Shown: piece after piece, positions 39,557 to 48,958 of the stretch
Layout of the letters: every line of letters starts with the position of its first letter
Position numbering within the stretch: position 1 is the first letter of the stretch
Assembly (NCBI GenBank): GCA_963806095.1
Contig: CAWDWV010000003.1
Location: 64,657-128,656 of the forward strand
Source: Thermoanaerobaculia bacterium
GTDB taxonomy: Bacteria; Acidobacteriota; Thermoanaerobaculia; Multivoradales; JAIOJS01
Reading direction: 5' to 3'
DNA length: 64,000 nt
Made by a program: the position numbers and the translations under genes
The notes under the pieces: generated by a model
Told to the model about the DNA's origin: nothing
The model's input: only the letters and a program-made list of their open reading frames with translations
Databases searched by the model: none

Positions 39557-42500
39557 GTGAGCGAACCACTCGACCTGACCGCCGACGACGCCGCGAGCCC
39601 CGCCGTGCCCACCGGCCAGCCCGACGCGTCGCCGCGGCCCGAGACCTCCAAATCCTACTGGCGTAGCGTCGAGCGGCTGCTCGCTTCGCCAGCCGTGCAG
39701 GAGGAGCTGCAGCGCGAGGTCGAGACCGAGTTCCCCGCCGGCGCCCTCGACGCGCCCGACACGGTCACGCGCCGCAGCGTGCTGCAGCTGCTCAGCGCCT
39801 CCTTCGGCCTCGCCGGGCTCACCGCCTGTCGCCGCCCGGTCGAGCACATCGTCCCCTACGTGCGCCCGCCGGAAGAGATCATCCCCGGCATCCCGCAGCG
39901 CTACGCCACGACGCTGCCGCACGGCACCGAGGCGCTGGGCGTCGTCGTCGAGAGTCACGAAGGGCGGCCTACGAAGGTCGAGGGCAACCCGCGCCATCCG
40001 GCCTCGCACGGCGCCGCGAGCGCCTGGGCGCAGGCCGCCGTGCTCGACCTCTACGACCCCGATCGCGCCGACCGCGTGCGTCATCGGGCGACTGCAGGGA
40101 GCGAGGGCGAGGAGGCGAGCGACTGGGAAGCCTTCGGCAAGTGGTGGGCCGAGCGCGCCACGGCACTGGCGGCCGATGGCGGCAGCAAGCTCGCCGTGCT
40201 CGCCGCTCCGTTCGCCTCGCCGACGCTGGCGCGGCTCGCGCGCGAGCTGCGTTCGCGGTACCCGGCCATGCGCTGGGCGTCGTGGGACGCGCTCTCGGAA
40301 GAGGCGATCTTCGCCGGCAACGGCGGCATGCGCCCGGTCTACCAGCTCGACCGCGCCAAGGTGGTGGTGGCGGTCGACTGCGACCTGCTGCTCACCGAGG
40401 CCAACGCCGTCCACAACAACCGGACCTTCGCGCAGGCGCGGCGGCCGGAAGCGGCCGCGGCGCGTCCCGAGGGCATGCTGCGGCTCTACGCCGTCGAGGG
40501 GGCGCTATCGCTCACCGGCGCCAATGCGGATCACCGGCTGGCGCTGCGGCCGCGTCACGTCGGCCCCTTCGTCGCCGCGCTGGCGAAGGCGCTCGGCGTC
40601 GCCGCCGCCGGGTTGCCTGCCGTGTCCGCGCTGCCGCCGCCGGTGGCCGCCCGCGCCGCGGTGATGGCGCGCGACCTGCGCGCCGCCGGTGCCGCGGGTG
40701 TGGTGGCGGTGGGGCGCCGGCAGCCGGCGGCCGTCCACGCCGCGGCGTTGGCGATCAACCGCACCCTCGGCAGTGTCGGCACTGCGGTAGCGCTGCAGCC
40801 GCTCGACGACGTCGCGGCCAGCAGCGTCGCGGCGCTGCGCGAGCTCGCCACCGCGATGGCGGCCGGGCAGGTCGACACCCTGGTGGTGCTCGGCGGCAAC
40901 CCGGTCTACGACGCGCCCAGCGACCTCGACTTCGCGGCGGCGCTCGCCAAGGTGCCCAACAGCGTCTGCCTCAGCCCCCACCGTCATGAGACCGGCCGCC
41001 TCTGCGCCTGGCACGTTCCCGAAGCGCACGCGCTCGAGGCGTGGGGCGACGCGCGCGCCGTCGACGGCACGGCGTCGGTGATCCAGCCGCTCATCGCGCC
41101 ATTGCTCAACGGAGTGAGCCGCGTCGAGCTGCTCGGCTTGCTGGCAACCGGCGCGGCGCAACCCGGCCACGACCTCGTGCGCGCCACCTGGAGCGCGGCC
41201 GCGGCGGACGACCTCGCCTGGCGCCGCATCCTGCACGACGGCGTGGCGCCCGCCGGCGCGCTCGCCGGCGGCGGCGGCGCCGTCCGGAGTGGCGGTGGCG
41301 GAAGCACTGCGGTGACCGCCACCGCGGCGCCCGGTGCGGTACCGACAGCGCGTCCGCGCGAGCACCTGCCGCCGCCGTCCGGCGCCGCGCTCCCCTCCGC
41401 GCCGCCCTCCGACGAAAACACCGCGGTCACCACCCAAGGCGTCGGCGGCGGCCCGGTGGCGCTCGAGCACGCCGAGGAAGCGCAAGCCGCGGCGCCGCAC
41501 GGCGAGATGGACCTCGTCATCCTCCCGTCGCCCAACGTCTGGGACGGCGCCTCGGCCAACAACGCCTGGGTGCAGGAGCTGCCGCACCCGCTCTCCAAGC
41601 TCACCTGGGACAACGCCGCCTATCTCGCACCGGCGACGGCCGCCGAGCTCGGCGTCGAGACCGGCGACCGCGTCCTCGTCGTCGCCAACGGCCACCGCGC
41701 CGCCTTCGCCGTCGTCATCCTCCCCGGCACGCCTGAGCACACGGTGGCGGTGGAGCTCGGCTACGGCCGCGAGGGCCTCGGCCACGTCGCCGACGGCGTC
41801 GGCGGCAACGCCTACCCGCTGCGCGCGAGCGGTTCCTTGTGGGGTGCCTTCGGCGTCGAGGTGCACCGCACCTGGTTCGACCCGGAAGACGGCGAGCACC
41901 GCCTCGGCATCACCCAGACGCACTGGGAGATCGAGGGCCGCCCGCTGGTGCGCGAGGCGAGCCTCGCCGAGTACCGCGCCGACCCGGCGTTCGCCAAGGA
42001 GCCCGACCGCGAGCACGAGGAGGCGATCCCGCTGTGGGCGGAGCCGGTGTCGTGGGACAAGGGGCCGCAGTGGGCGATGGCCATCGACCTCTCGGCCTGC
42101 ACCGGCTGCAACGCCTGCGTCGTCGCCTGCCAGGCGGAGAACAACGTGCCGGTGGTGGGCCGCGAGATGGTGTCGCGCGCCCGCGAGATGCACTGGCTGC
42201 GCATCGACCGCTACTTCGCCGGCGAGCCGGAGTCGCCCGAGGTGGTCTTCCAGCCCGTCCCCTGCATGCACTGCGAGAACGCGCCCTGCGAGCAGGTCTG
42301 CCCGGTGGCGGCGACGGTGCACGACCACAACGGCCTCAACGCCATGGTCTACAACCGCTGCATCGGCACGCGGTACTGCTCGAACAACTGCCCCTACAAG
42401 GTGCGGCGCTTCAACTTCTTCAACTACACCAAAGACACGCCCGAGCTGATGAAGCTGGCGATGAACCCCGACGTCACCGTGCGCTCGCGCGGGGTGATGG

Positions 42501-42772
42501 AGAAGTGCACCTACTGCGTGCAGCGCACCGTCGAGGCGCGCCAGGCGGCCAAGCTCGCCGGCCGCGCCGTCGCCGACGGCGAGATCCAGACCGCCTGCCA
42601 GCAGACCTGCCCGACGCAAGCCATCGCCTTCGGCGACAAGACCGACGCCAAGAGCCGCGTGGTGGCGCAGAAGGCCTTGCCGCGCGACTACGTGCTGCTG
42701 GGCGAGCTCAACAACCGCCCGCGAACGAGCTACCAGGCCAAGGTGCGCAACCCCAACCCGGAGTGGGCGTGA
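39557..42772 (+). CDS. actB: ActB-like fusion of a molybdopterin-oxidoreductase-like domain and a 4Fe-4S ferredoxin domain
   Basis: Tat-like TRRSVLQLLSASFGLAGL and a MopB-like body. C-terminal Fe-S motifs are CTGCNACVVAC, CMHCENAPCEQVCP, CIGTRYCSNNCP and CTYC...CQQTCP. Confidence 0.85.
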   Translation: MSEPLDLTADDAASPAVPTGQPDASPRPETSKSYWRSVERLLASPAVQEELQREVETEFPAGALDAPDTVTRRSVLQLLSASFGLAGLTACRRPVEHIVPYVRPPEEIIPGIPQRYATTLPHGTEALGVVVESHEGRPTKVEGNPRHPASHGAASAWAQAAVLDLYDPDRADRVRHRATAGSEGEEASDWEAFGKWWAERATALAADGGSKLAVLAAPFASPTLARLARELRSRYPAMRWASWDALSEEAIFAGNGGMRPVYQLDRAKVVVAVDCDLLLTEANAVHNNRTFAQARRPEAAAARPEGMLRLYAVEGALSLTGANADHRLALRPRHVGPFVAALAKALGVAAAGLPAVSALPPPVAARAAVMARDLRAAGAAGVVAVGRRQPAAVHAAALAINRTLGSVGTAVALQPLDDVAASSVAALRELATAMAAGQVDTLVVLGGNPVYDAPSDLDFAAALAKVPNSVCLSPHRHETGRLCAWHVPEAHALEAWGDARAVDGTASVIQPLIAPLLNGVSRVELLGLLATGAAQPGHDLVRATWSAAAADDLAWRRILHDGVAPAGALAGGGGAVRSGGGGSTAVTATAAPGAVPTARPREHLPPPSGAALPSAPPSDENTAVTTQGVGGGPVALEHAEEAQAAAPHGEMDLVILPSPNVWDGASANNAWVQELPHPLSKLTWDNAAYLAPATAAELGVETGDRVLVVANGHRAAFAVVILPGTPEHTVAVELGYGREGLGHVADGVGGNAYPLRASGSLWGAFGVEVHRTWFDPEDGEHRLGITQTHWEIEGRPLVREASLAEYRADPAFAKEPDREHEEAIPLWAEPVSWDKGPQWAMAIDLSACTGCNACVVACQAENNVPVVGREMVSRAREMHWLRIDRYFAGEPESPEVVFQPVPCMHCENAPCEQVCPVAATVHDHNGLNAMVYNRCIGTRYCSNNCPYKVRRFNFFNYTKDTPELMKLAMNPDVTVRSRGVMEKCTYCVQRTVEARQAAKLAGRAVADGEIQTACQQTCPTQAIAFGDKTDAKSRVVAQKALPRDYVLLGELNNRPRTSYQAKVRNPNPEWA

Positions 42773-43446
42773 GAAGGGCGCCGCTGCTCGCGCTCGTGCT
42801 GCTCCTCGGCGCCTGCCGCGGCTGCCCGTCGTCGCGGCCGCCCATCCATTTGAACCCCAACATGGACGTGCAGCCCAAGGGCAAGCCGCAGGCCGAGAGC
42901 GGCTTCTTCGCCGACGGCGCCGTCATGCGCGTGCCCGTCGCCGGCACTGTCGCCCAGGGCGAGCTGCGCGAGGACTCCGCCTGGTGGACCGGCAAGGACG
43001 CCGCCGGGGGTTGGATCGGCACCATCCCCGGCCATGCCGACGGCGCCGTCCTCGCCCGCGGCGAGCAGCGCTACGGCATCTTCTGCGCCCCCTGCCACGG
43101 CGCGCAGGGCGATGGCAAGGGCATGCTCTTCCAGCGCGCCCAGGTGCAGTCGGCGAACTTGATGGAGGCGCGCTTCCGCGCCATGCCGGCCGGCCAGATC
43201 TACGACGAGATGACCAACGGCTTCGGGCTGATGCCCGCCTACGGGCCTTTCATCCCGGTGGCCGACCGCTGGGCGATCCTCGCCTACCTGCGCAAGCTGC
43301 AGGCGGAGACGCCGGTGGCCGAGAGCGCGGCGCCCGCCGCCGAAGCGGCTGCCGCCCCCGGCGAGCCCGCCTCGCCAGCCGCGCCAAGTCCCGCACCCGA
43401 TAACGCGCCAAGTCCCGCGCCCGCCTCGCCCGGAGCCGCGCGTTGA
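42769..43446 (+). CDS. Monoheme cytochrome c lipoprotein (ActE-like)
   Basis: Lipobox LLLGAC and a single CAPCH with GLMPAY (Met ligand region). The GTGA start overlaps the actB stop. Confidence 0.75.
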   Translation: MRRAPLLALVLLLGACRGCPSSRPPIHLNPNMDVQPKGKPQAESGFFADGAVMRVPVAGTVAQGELREDSAWWTGKDAAGGWIGTIPGHADGAVLARGEQRYGIFCAPCHGAQGDGKGMLFQRAQVQSANLMEARFRAMPAGQIYDEMTNGFGLMPAYGPFIPVADRWAILAYLRKLQAETPVAESAAPAAEAAAAPGEPASPAAPSPAPDNAPSPAPASPGAAR

Positions 43447-45413
43447 GCAAGCGCAACCTGTTCCTCGGCGCCGTCGCGCTGCTCGTCGGCCTCGCCGTCC
43501 TCGGCTGGCTGGCGCGCGCCTTCGACGCCCGCCTCGCCTACCACCCGCCGACCCACGTCACCACCGACCAGGACACCCCCCGCGAGCAGGCGCTGCGCCA
43601 GCAAGCCGCGGCGGAGGCGGAGACGGCGAAGGCGAAGAAGTACGAGGAGGCCGAGTACCGCCGCTTCCCCGGCACCGGCAGCCGCGTCGCCATCTGGATG
43701 GTGGCGCAGCTGCACCTGCTCTTCGCCGCCTTCGTGCTCGCGGTGCCGCTCTTCGCGCTCATCATCGAGTACATCGGGTACCGCACCAAGGACCCGCGCT
43801 ACGACGCGCTCGCCTACGAGTTCACCAAGCTGCTGTCGACCTCGTTCTCGTTGACCGCCACCTTCGGCGCGGCGCTCACCTTCATGCTCATCGCGCTCTA
43901 CCCGAAGTTCACCAACTACCTGATGAGCGTCTTCTCGCCGACGTTCCTGCCCTACGTGCTGCTGTTCTTCTTCGAGGCCGGCTTCCTCTACTCCTACTAC
44001 TACGGCTGGCACAGCTTCAGTAAGCGCGTGCACCTGCTGCTCGGCGTCGGCTTGAACCTCGTCGGCACGGCGATCATGTTCATCGCCAACGCCTGGCTGA
44101 CGTTCATGATGACGCCCAACGGCGTCTCCGAGTCGGGGGCGACGATCAGCACCTGGGAGGCGGTCCGCAACTACACCTGGATGCCGATCAACATCCACCG
44201 CATCATCGCCAACGTCGCCTTCGGCGGCGCGGTGGCGGCGGCGTACGCGGCCTTCCAGTTCCTGCGCGCCAAGACGCCGGAGGAGCGCGCCCACTACGAC
44301 TGGATGGGCTACATCGGCAACTTCGTCGCCATCTGCGCGCTGCTGCCGCTGCCCTTCGCCGGCTACTGGCTGGCCTCCGAGATCTACGCCTTCTCGCAGA
44401 CCATGGGCCTGATCATGATGGGCGGCGCCTTCTCCTGGCTGTTCATCATCCAGGCGGTGCTCATCGGCTGCCTCTTCCTCGCCGCCAACTACTACCTCTG
44501 GCTGGGCATGGGGCGCATCGAGGGCGCCGAGCGCTTCCGGCCGTTCATCAAGTACCTGCTGGCGCTCGATCACCGTCTGCTTCATGGTGTGGGCGACGCC
44601 GCGCTCGATCATCGCCACCGTCGAGGAAGTGCAGAACATGGGCGGCGCCAGCCACCCGCTGCTCGGCTTCCTCGGCGTCATGTCGGCCAAGAACACGGCC
44701 GTCAACCTGCTCATCCTCACCACCTTCGTCAGCTTCATGCTCTACCGGCGCAGCGGCCGCGTGCCGACGGTGCCGTGGGCGAAGCTCGGCAACCTCATCC
44801 AGTTCGTCGATCTTCGCGGCCGCGGCGGCCATCGTCATCTTCTTCGGCATCTACGGCTACTTCGTGGAAGCGGCGGTGCGCATCAAGTTCTCCATCCCGC
44901 AGGTGCTGTCGGTGCTCTTCGCCATGATCGCCGTCACCGTCGTCGACGTGCTGATGATGCGCGGCGCGCGGCAGACCGCGGTGCGCTGGGGGACGATCCC
45001 GAACCACGCCGCAGTACGTGCTCATCTTCCTCGCCGTCACCTTCACCTGGATGATGGGCCTGATGGGCTACGTGCGCTCCGGCCTGCGCCAGCACTGGCA
45101 CGTCTACGGCGTCATCCGCGACAACTCGCCGGACGCCTTCACGCCGACGCTGGGCTTCGCGACGCGGGTGGTGTCGGCGACGGTGCTGCTGTTCTTCGTC
45201 CTCATCGGCCTGGTGTTCTGGCTGGCGAGCCTGGCGGGGAAGAAGTCGCACCACGACGACATCGTGACGGCCTACACGCCGACCCCCGAGCCGTCGCCCG
45301 ACGCCGCTGCCGGTTTGATCCCACCCGGCGGCGGCTCGCTGCCGGTGCCGACTCACTCCGCGGAGGCGGACCTCGATGAAGAGTGCCGATCGTCGTCAAG
45401 ATCGGCGCGCTGA
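43443..45413 (+). pseudogene. Cytochrome bd subunit-I (CydA) superfamily 'bd-like' membrane protein; needs 3 frame changes
   Basis: CydA-like TM1 AQLHLLFAAFVLAVPLF, FIANAWLTFMMTPNG (compare ANGWMQNPVG) and INIHRIIANVAFGG. The frame switches at about 44568, 44809 and 45011. No CydB-like gene is adjacent. Confidence 0.7.
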
Positions 45414-46208
45414 CGCTGGCGTCGACGGCGTTCTACACCTACGTCGGCCAGTTGGTGCCGCAGAAGGAAGTGCAGCCGCCGGCGGAGACCAAGATGTCGG
45501 CGTCGATGACGACCGCCGACCTGGTGACGACCGGCAAGACGCTCCTCGAGGGGAAGGGGAGCTGCATGACCTGCCACACCATCGGCAAGACCAGCGGCCC
45601 GATGCGCTTCCCCGATCTCGCCGGCATCGGCGGACGCGCGGGCACGCGCGAGCCGGGGCTCGACGCGCTGACCTACCTGGCGAAGAGCCTCTACCATCCG
45701 AACGACTTCATCGTCCCCGGCTTCAGCCCCGGCATGCCGGCGATCAACAAGCCGCCGATCGGGCTCACCGACGACGAGATCCGTGCCGTCATCGCCTACC
45801 TCGAGTCGCTCGGCGGCACGCCGGCGGTGACCATGCAGACGGCGATCCCCTTCTCCGTGGGCGGCGCCGCGCCACCGCCGGGCGAGGCGGCCGCGGGCGC
45901 CGAGGCCGTCGCGGCGGCGCCTGAGGCCGGGGTGGCGCCCGCGGCGTCGCCAGGCGCCGCGCCGGCGTCGGCGGCCGCGGCGCGCGCGCCCGAGGCGCTG
46001 GTGAGCCAGTACCAGTGCGCCGACTGCCACGCCGACGGGGAAGCAGAAGCCGAGCCTCGACACGTCGGAGGCGAGGGGTGAGCCGACGCTGCTCGCCGCG
46101 CTCGCGGCGCACCCGCCGACCCCCGCCAAGTTCGAGCAGGCCATCACCCTCGCCGAGGCGCGCGCGCTGGCGCGCTACCTCGCCGCCCAGGGCGGAGGTG
46201 GAGCGTGA
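45376..46208 (+). CDS. Membrane-anchored diheme cytochrome c; 1-2 frameshifts
   Basis: CMTCH and CADCH. ATG 45376 has a GGAGG RBS but needs a frame switch at about 45387; GTG 45383 is the alternative start. An extra G in GGGG at about 46036 truncates the annotated ORF, and the corrected frame ends in GTGA overlap with the next gene. Confidence 0.7.
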
Positions 46209-47050
46209 ACTGGGGCTTCGTGGCGGCGGCCGTCCTGGCGCTCGTCGCGCTGCGCTTCGTCGACGGGCGCTTCCTGCGCGTGCCGCTGCTCGCCTGGCTG
46301 GGTGCCTGCTTCGCCGCCATCGCGGTCGTCCTGCGCTGGGGGTTCGTGGTGCCGATCCCCGCCTCGGTGCTCAACCTCTACCTGGCGATCGTCGCCGGCG
46401 CGCTGGCGGTCTACGCCACCACCGACCGCGAGCGGCTGCAGGAGGTGACGCGCCCGCTCTTCGCCTTCCTCACCGAGCGGCGCTTCGTCATCCCGCTGGT
46501 CCTGGTGGCGCTCGCCATCCCGGCGGCGGTGGCGGCCAAGATCTACCGCGACCTGACCTCGCCGCCGGTGCCGCCGTTCTTCGGCCGCACCATCCACCCG
46601 GCACCGCCCAACCAGATCACCGTCCACGACAAGGTCTACGACCTCACCACGCTGTCCAACCCGCACCGGGCGCTCGAGCGCACCAACCCGGCGCTCTACC
46701 GGCAGAAGGTGGAGGCGGGGCGCGTCGTCTACTACGAGAACTGCTTCTACTGCCACGGCGACCTGATGCGCGGCGAGGGGATGTTCGCCCACGCCCTGCT
46801 GCCGGTGCCGACCAACTTCCAGGACCCCGGCACCATCGCCCAGCTGCAGGAGGACTACCTCTTCTGGCGCATCGCCAAGGGCGGCCCCGGCCTGCCCGAG
46901 GAGGCGGGGCCGTGGTCGTCGGCGATGCCGGCGTGGGACCAGTTCCTCGACGAAGATCAGATCTGGGACGTCATCCTCTTCCTCTACGACTTCACCGGCA
47001 ACCGCCCGCGCGCGCGTCACGCCGTGACGGCGACGTCGACCCATGAATAG
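46205..47050 (+). CDS. Membrane (3-4 TM) monoheme cytochrome c
   Basis: An N-terminal TM bundle followed by YYENCFYCHGDLMRGEG and WSSAMPAW. Confidence 0.75.
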   Translation: MNWGFVAAAVLALVALRFVDGRFLRVPLLAWLGACFAAIAVVLRWGFVVPIPASVLNLYLAIVAGALAVYATTDRERLQEVTRPLFAFLTERRFVIPLVLVALAIPAAVAAKIYRDLTSPPVPPFFGRTIHPAPPNQITVHDKVYDLTTLSNPHRALERTNPALYRQKVEAGRVVYYENCFYCHGDLMRGEGMFAHALLPVPTNFQDPGTIAQLQEDYLFWRIAKGGPGLPEEAGPWSSAMPAWDQFLDEDQIWDVILFLYDFTGNRPRARHAVTATSTHE

Positions 47051-48935
47051 AAGCCGCGGCCGCCGCTCGTCGCCGCTCGCTGCCGGCTCGATCGGTGCCG
47101 TAGCCCTGGCGCTGCTGCTCCTCGCCGCACCCGACCGCGCGCAGGAACAACCCGGCGAGTCGAGCGGCGGATCGGGCCCGACCACCGCCGGCCCTCGGCA
47201 GGCGCAGCCAACGGGTGGCGCTGCCGTCTACACCAAGTACTGCGCGCAGTGCCACGGCGACAAGGGCGACGGCCTCGGCATCGCCGCGCCCTTCCTGCGC
47301 CCGGCGCCGCGCGACTTCACCTCGGGCAAGTACCAGATCCGCTCCACCGCCACCGGCAACCTGCCGACCGCCGACGACATCAAGCAGGTGATCCGCCGCG
47401 GCATCCCCGGCACCGGCATGCCGGCGTTCGAGGAGGTCACCGACGTCGAGGACCAGCTCGACGCTCTGGTGGCGCACCTGCAGGCGTTCTCGCCCAAGTT
47501 CAAGGGGGCGCGCGCGCCCGAGCTGATCTCGATTCCCAAGGATCCCGGCTACAAGCCCGACCAGGTCGAGGCGGCGCGCAAGGTCTACACCTCGATCGGC
47601 TGCGCCGGTTGCCATGGCGCCGAGGGGCGCGGCGACGGCGCTTCGGCGCCGACGATGAAGGACGACTGGGGGCAGTTCGTGCGGCCCGCCGACCTGTCGC
47701 GGCCGTGGACTTTCAACGGCGGCGCCAGCCGCACCGACGTCTTCCGCTCGATCAGCACCGGCCTCAACGGCACGCCGATGGCGGGCTTCGCCAGCGCGCT
47801 CTCCGAGGAGCAGCGCTGGCAGCTGGTGGACTTCATCACCTCGCTGGCGGGCGGCGACACCGAGAAGGTGCCGTACGCGAACCTGGTGGTGGGCAAGCAG
47901 GTCGAGGGCGAGCTCGACCTGGCGCAGGGCAGGAAGCTCTTCGAAGGCGCCGAGCCGGCGCTCTTCCCGCTGCTCGGCCAGGTCATCCAGCCGGGCCGCG
48001 CCTTCCAGCCCTCGACCGTCGCCGTCGAGGCGCGCGCGGTCTACAACCGCGACGAGGTGGCGCTGCTCATCACCTGGCACGACGTCCAGGCCGACCGTGG
48101 CGGCAACAACGGCCCAGACTTCGAGCTGCCCGAGCAGGAGGACCACCCCGGCCTCGAGCCGAAGGTCTCCGGCGGCGGCCAGGCGCCGGTCACGACCGAG
48201 CAGACAGATCCCTTCGCCGACGAAGAGGCGCCCGCCGCAGCCGCGCCCAGCGCCGATCCGTTCGCAGACGAAGAAGTGACACCCACGTTGACGCCCGCAG
48301 GTCCGGCTGACCAGGCAAGCGCCGATCCGTTCGCGGAGGAGGAAGCGCAAACCGGCGGGGGAGCAGAGGGAGCGGCGACGGCGGCGGAAGGCTCGGCGGC
48401 GAGCCAGTTCTCCGACGCCGTCGCCGTGCAGTTCCCGCGACAGCTCTCCGACGGCGTGCGCCGCCCGTACTTCGTCTTCGGCGATCCGCAGGACCCCGTC
48501 GAGCTCTGGTTCGTCGACCTCGCAAGCCCCGGCAAGGCCGAGCTGTGGGAGGGGAAGGGCAGCGACGACCTGCTGCCGGGCGAGGGCGTGACGCCGGAGA
48601 CCCGCGCCTCCTTCGACAAGGGCGAGTGGTCGGTGATCCTCAAGCGCAAGCGCGACGCCGGCCGCGGCATCGCCTTCCCCGACGACGCCTTCGTACCCAT
48701 CGCCTTCTCGGTGTGGGACGGCTTCCTCGACGAGCGCGGCAACAAGCGTGCGCTCTCCACCTGGTACCACCTCTACATGCCGCCCGCCGAGCGGCCGTCG
48801 CCGTGGATCGCCATGGCCAAGGCGGCCGGCGTCGTGCTGCTCGTCGAGATCGTGGTGATCGCGCTGGTGCGCCGTCGCGCCCAGCGCCGCCGGACTCCCG
48901 CGGTGGCAGCCGATGCCGCCGCGGGCGCCGCCTAG
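47043..48935 (+). CDS. Diheme cytochrome c fused to an ethylbenzene-dehydrogenase-gamma-like (EB_dh, NxrC/DMSO-reductase type II gamma-like) domain, with a C-terminal TM anchor
   Basis: Signal peptide, then CAQCH and CAGCH. The EB_dh-like part is AVQFP..RRPYFVFGD...WSVILKRK...FSVWDG. The C-terminal TM segment is AAGVVLLVEIVVIALV. Confidence 0.7.
   Translation: MNRSRGRRSSPLAAGSIGAVALALLLLAAPDRAQEQPGESSGGSGPTTAGPRQAQPTGGAAVYTKYCAQCHGDKGDGLGIAAPFLRPAPRDFTSGKYQIRSTATGNLPTADDIKQVIRRGIPGTGMPAFEEVTDVEDQLDALVAHLQAFSPKFKGARAPELISIPKDPGYKPDQVEAARKVYTSIGCAGCHGAEGRGDGASAPTMKDDWGQFVRPADLSRPWTFNGGASRTDVFRSISTGLNGTPMAGFASALSEEQRWQLVDFITSLAGGDTEKVPYANLVVGKQVEGELDLAQGRKLFEGAEPALFPLLGQVIQPGRAFQPSTVAVEARAVYNRDEVALLITWHDVQADRGGNNGPDFELPEQEDHPGLEPKVSGGGQAPVTTEQTDPFADEEAPAAAAPSADPFADEEVTPTLTPAGPADQASADPFAEEEAQTGGGAEGAATAAEGSAASQFSDAVAVQFPRQLSDGVRRPYFVFGDPQDPVELWFVDLASPGKAELWEGKGSDDLLPGEGVTPETRASFDKGEWSVILKRKRDAGRGIAFPDDAFVPIAFSVWDGFLDERGNKRALSTWYHLYMPPAERPSPWIAMAKAAGVVLLVEIVVIALVRRRAQRRRTPAVAADAAAGAA
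48207..48344 (+). repeat. Three coding copies of the acidic motif DPFA(D/E)EE in the linker
   Basis: TDPFADEEAP, ADPFADEEVT and ADPFAEEEAQ, read from the ORF translation. Confidence 0.9.
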
Positions 48936-48958
48936 CCTTTCGAGATCGGAGATCGACC

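Noticed and set aside
38678-42619. 578-aa and 704-aa minus-strand ORFs opposite actA/actB
   Set aside because: Antisense to genes with five CxxCH motifs and four Fe-S motifs. The translations are dominated by R/G/A/V/D/E with no recognisable domain.
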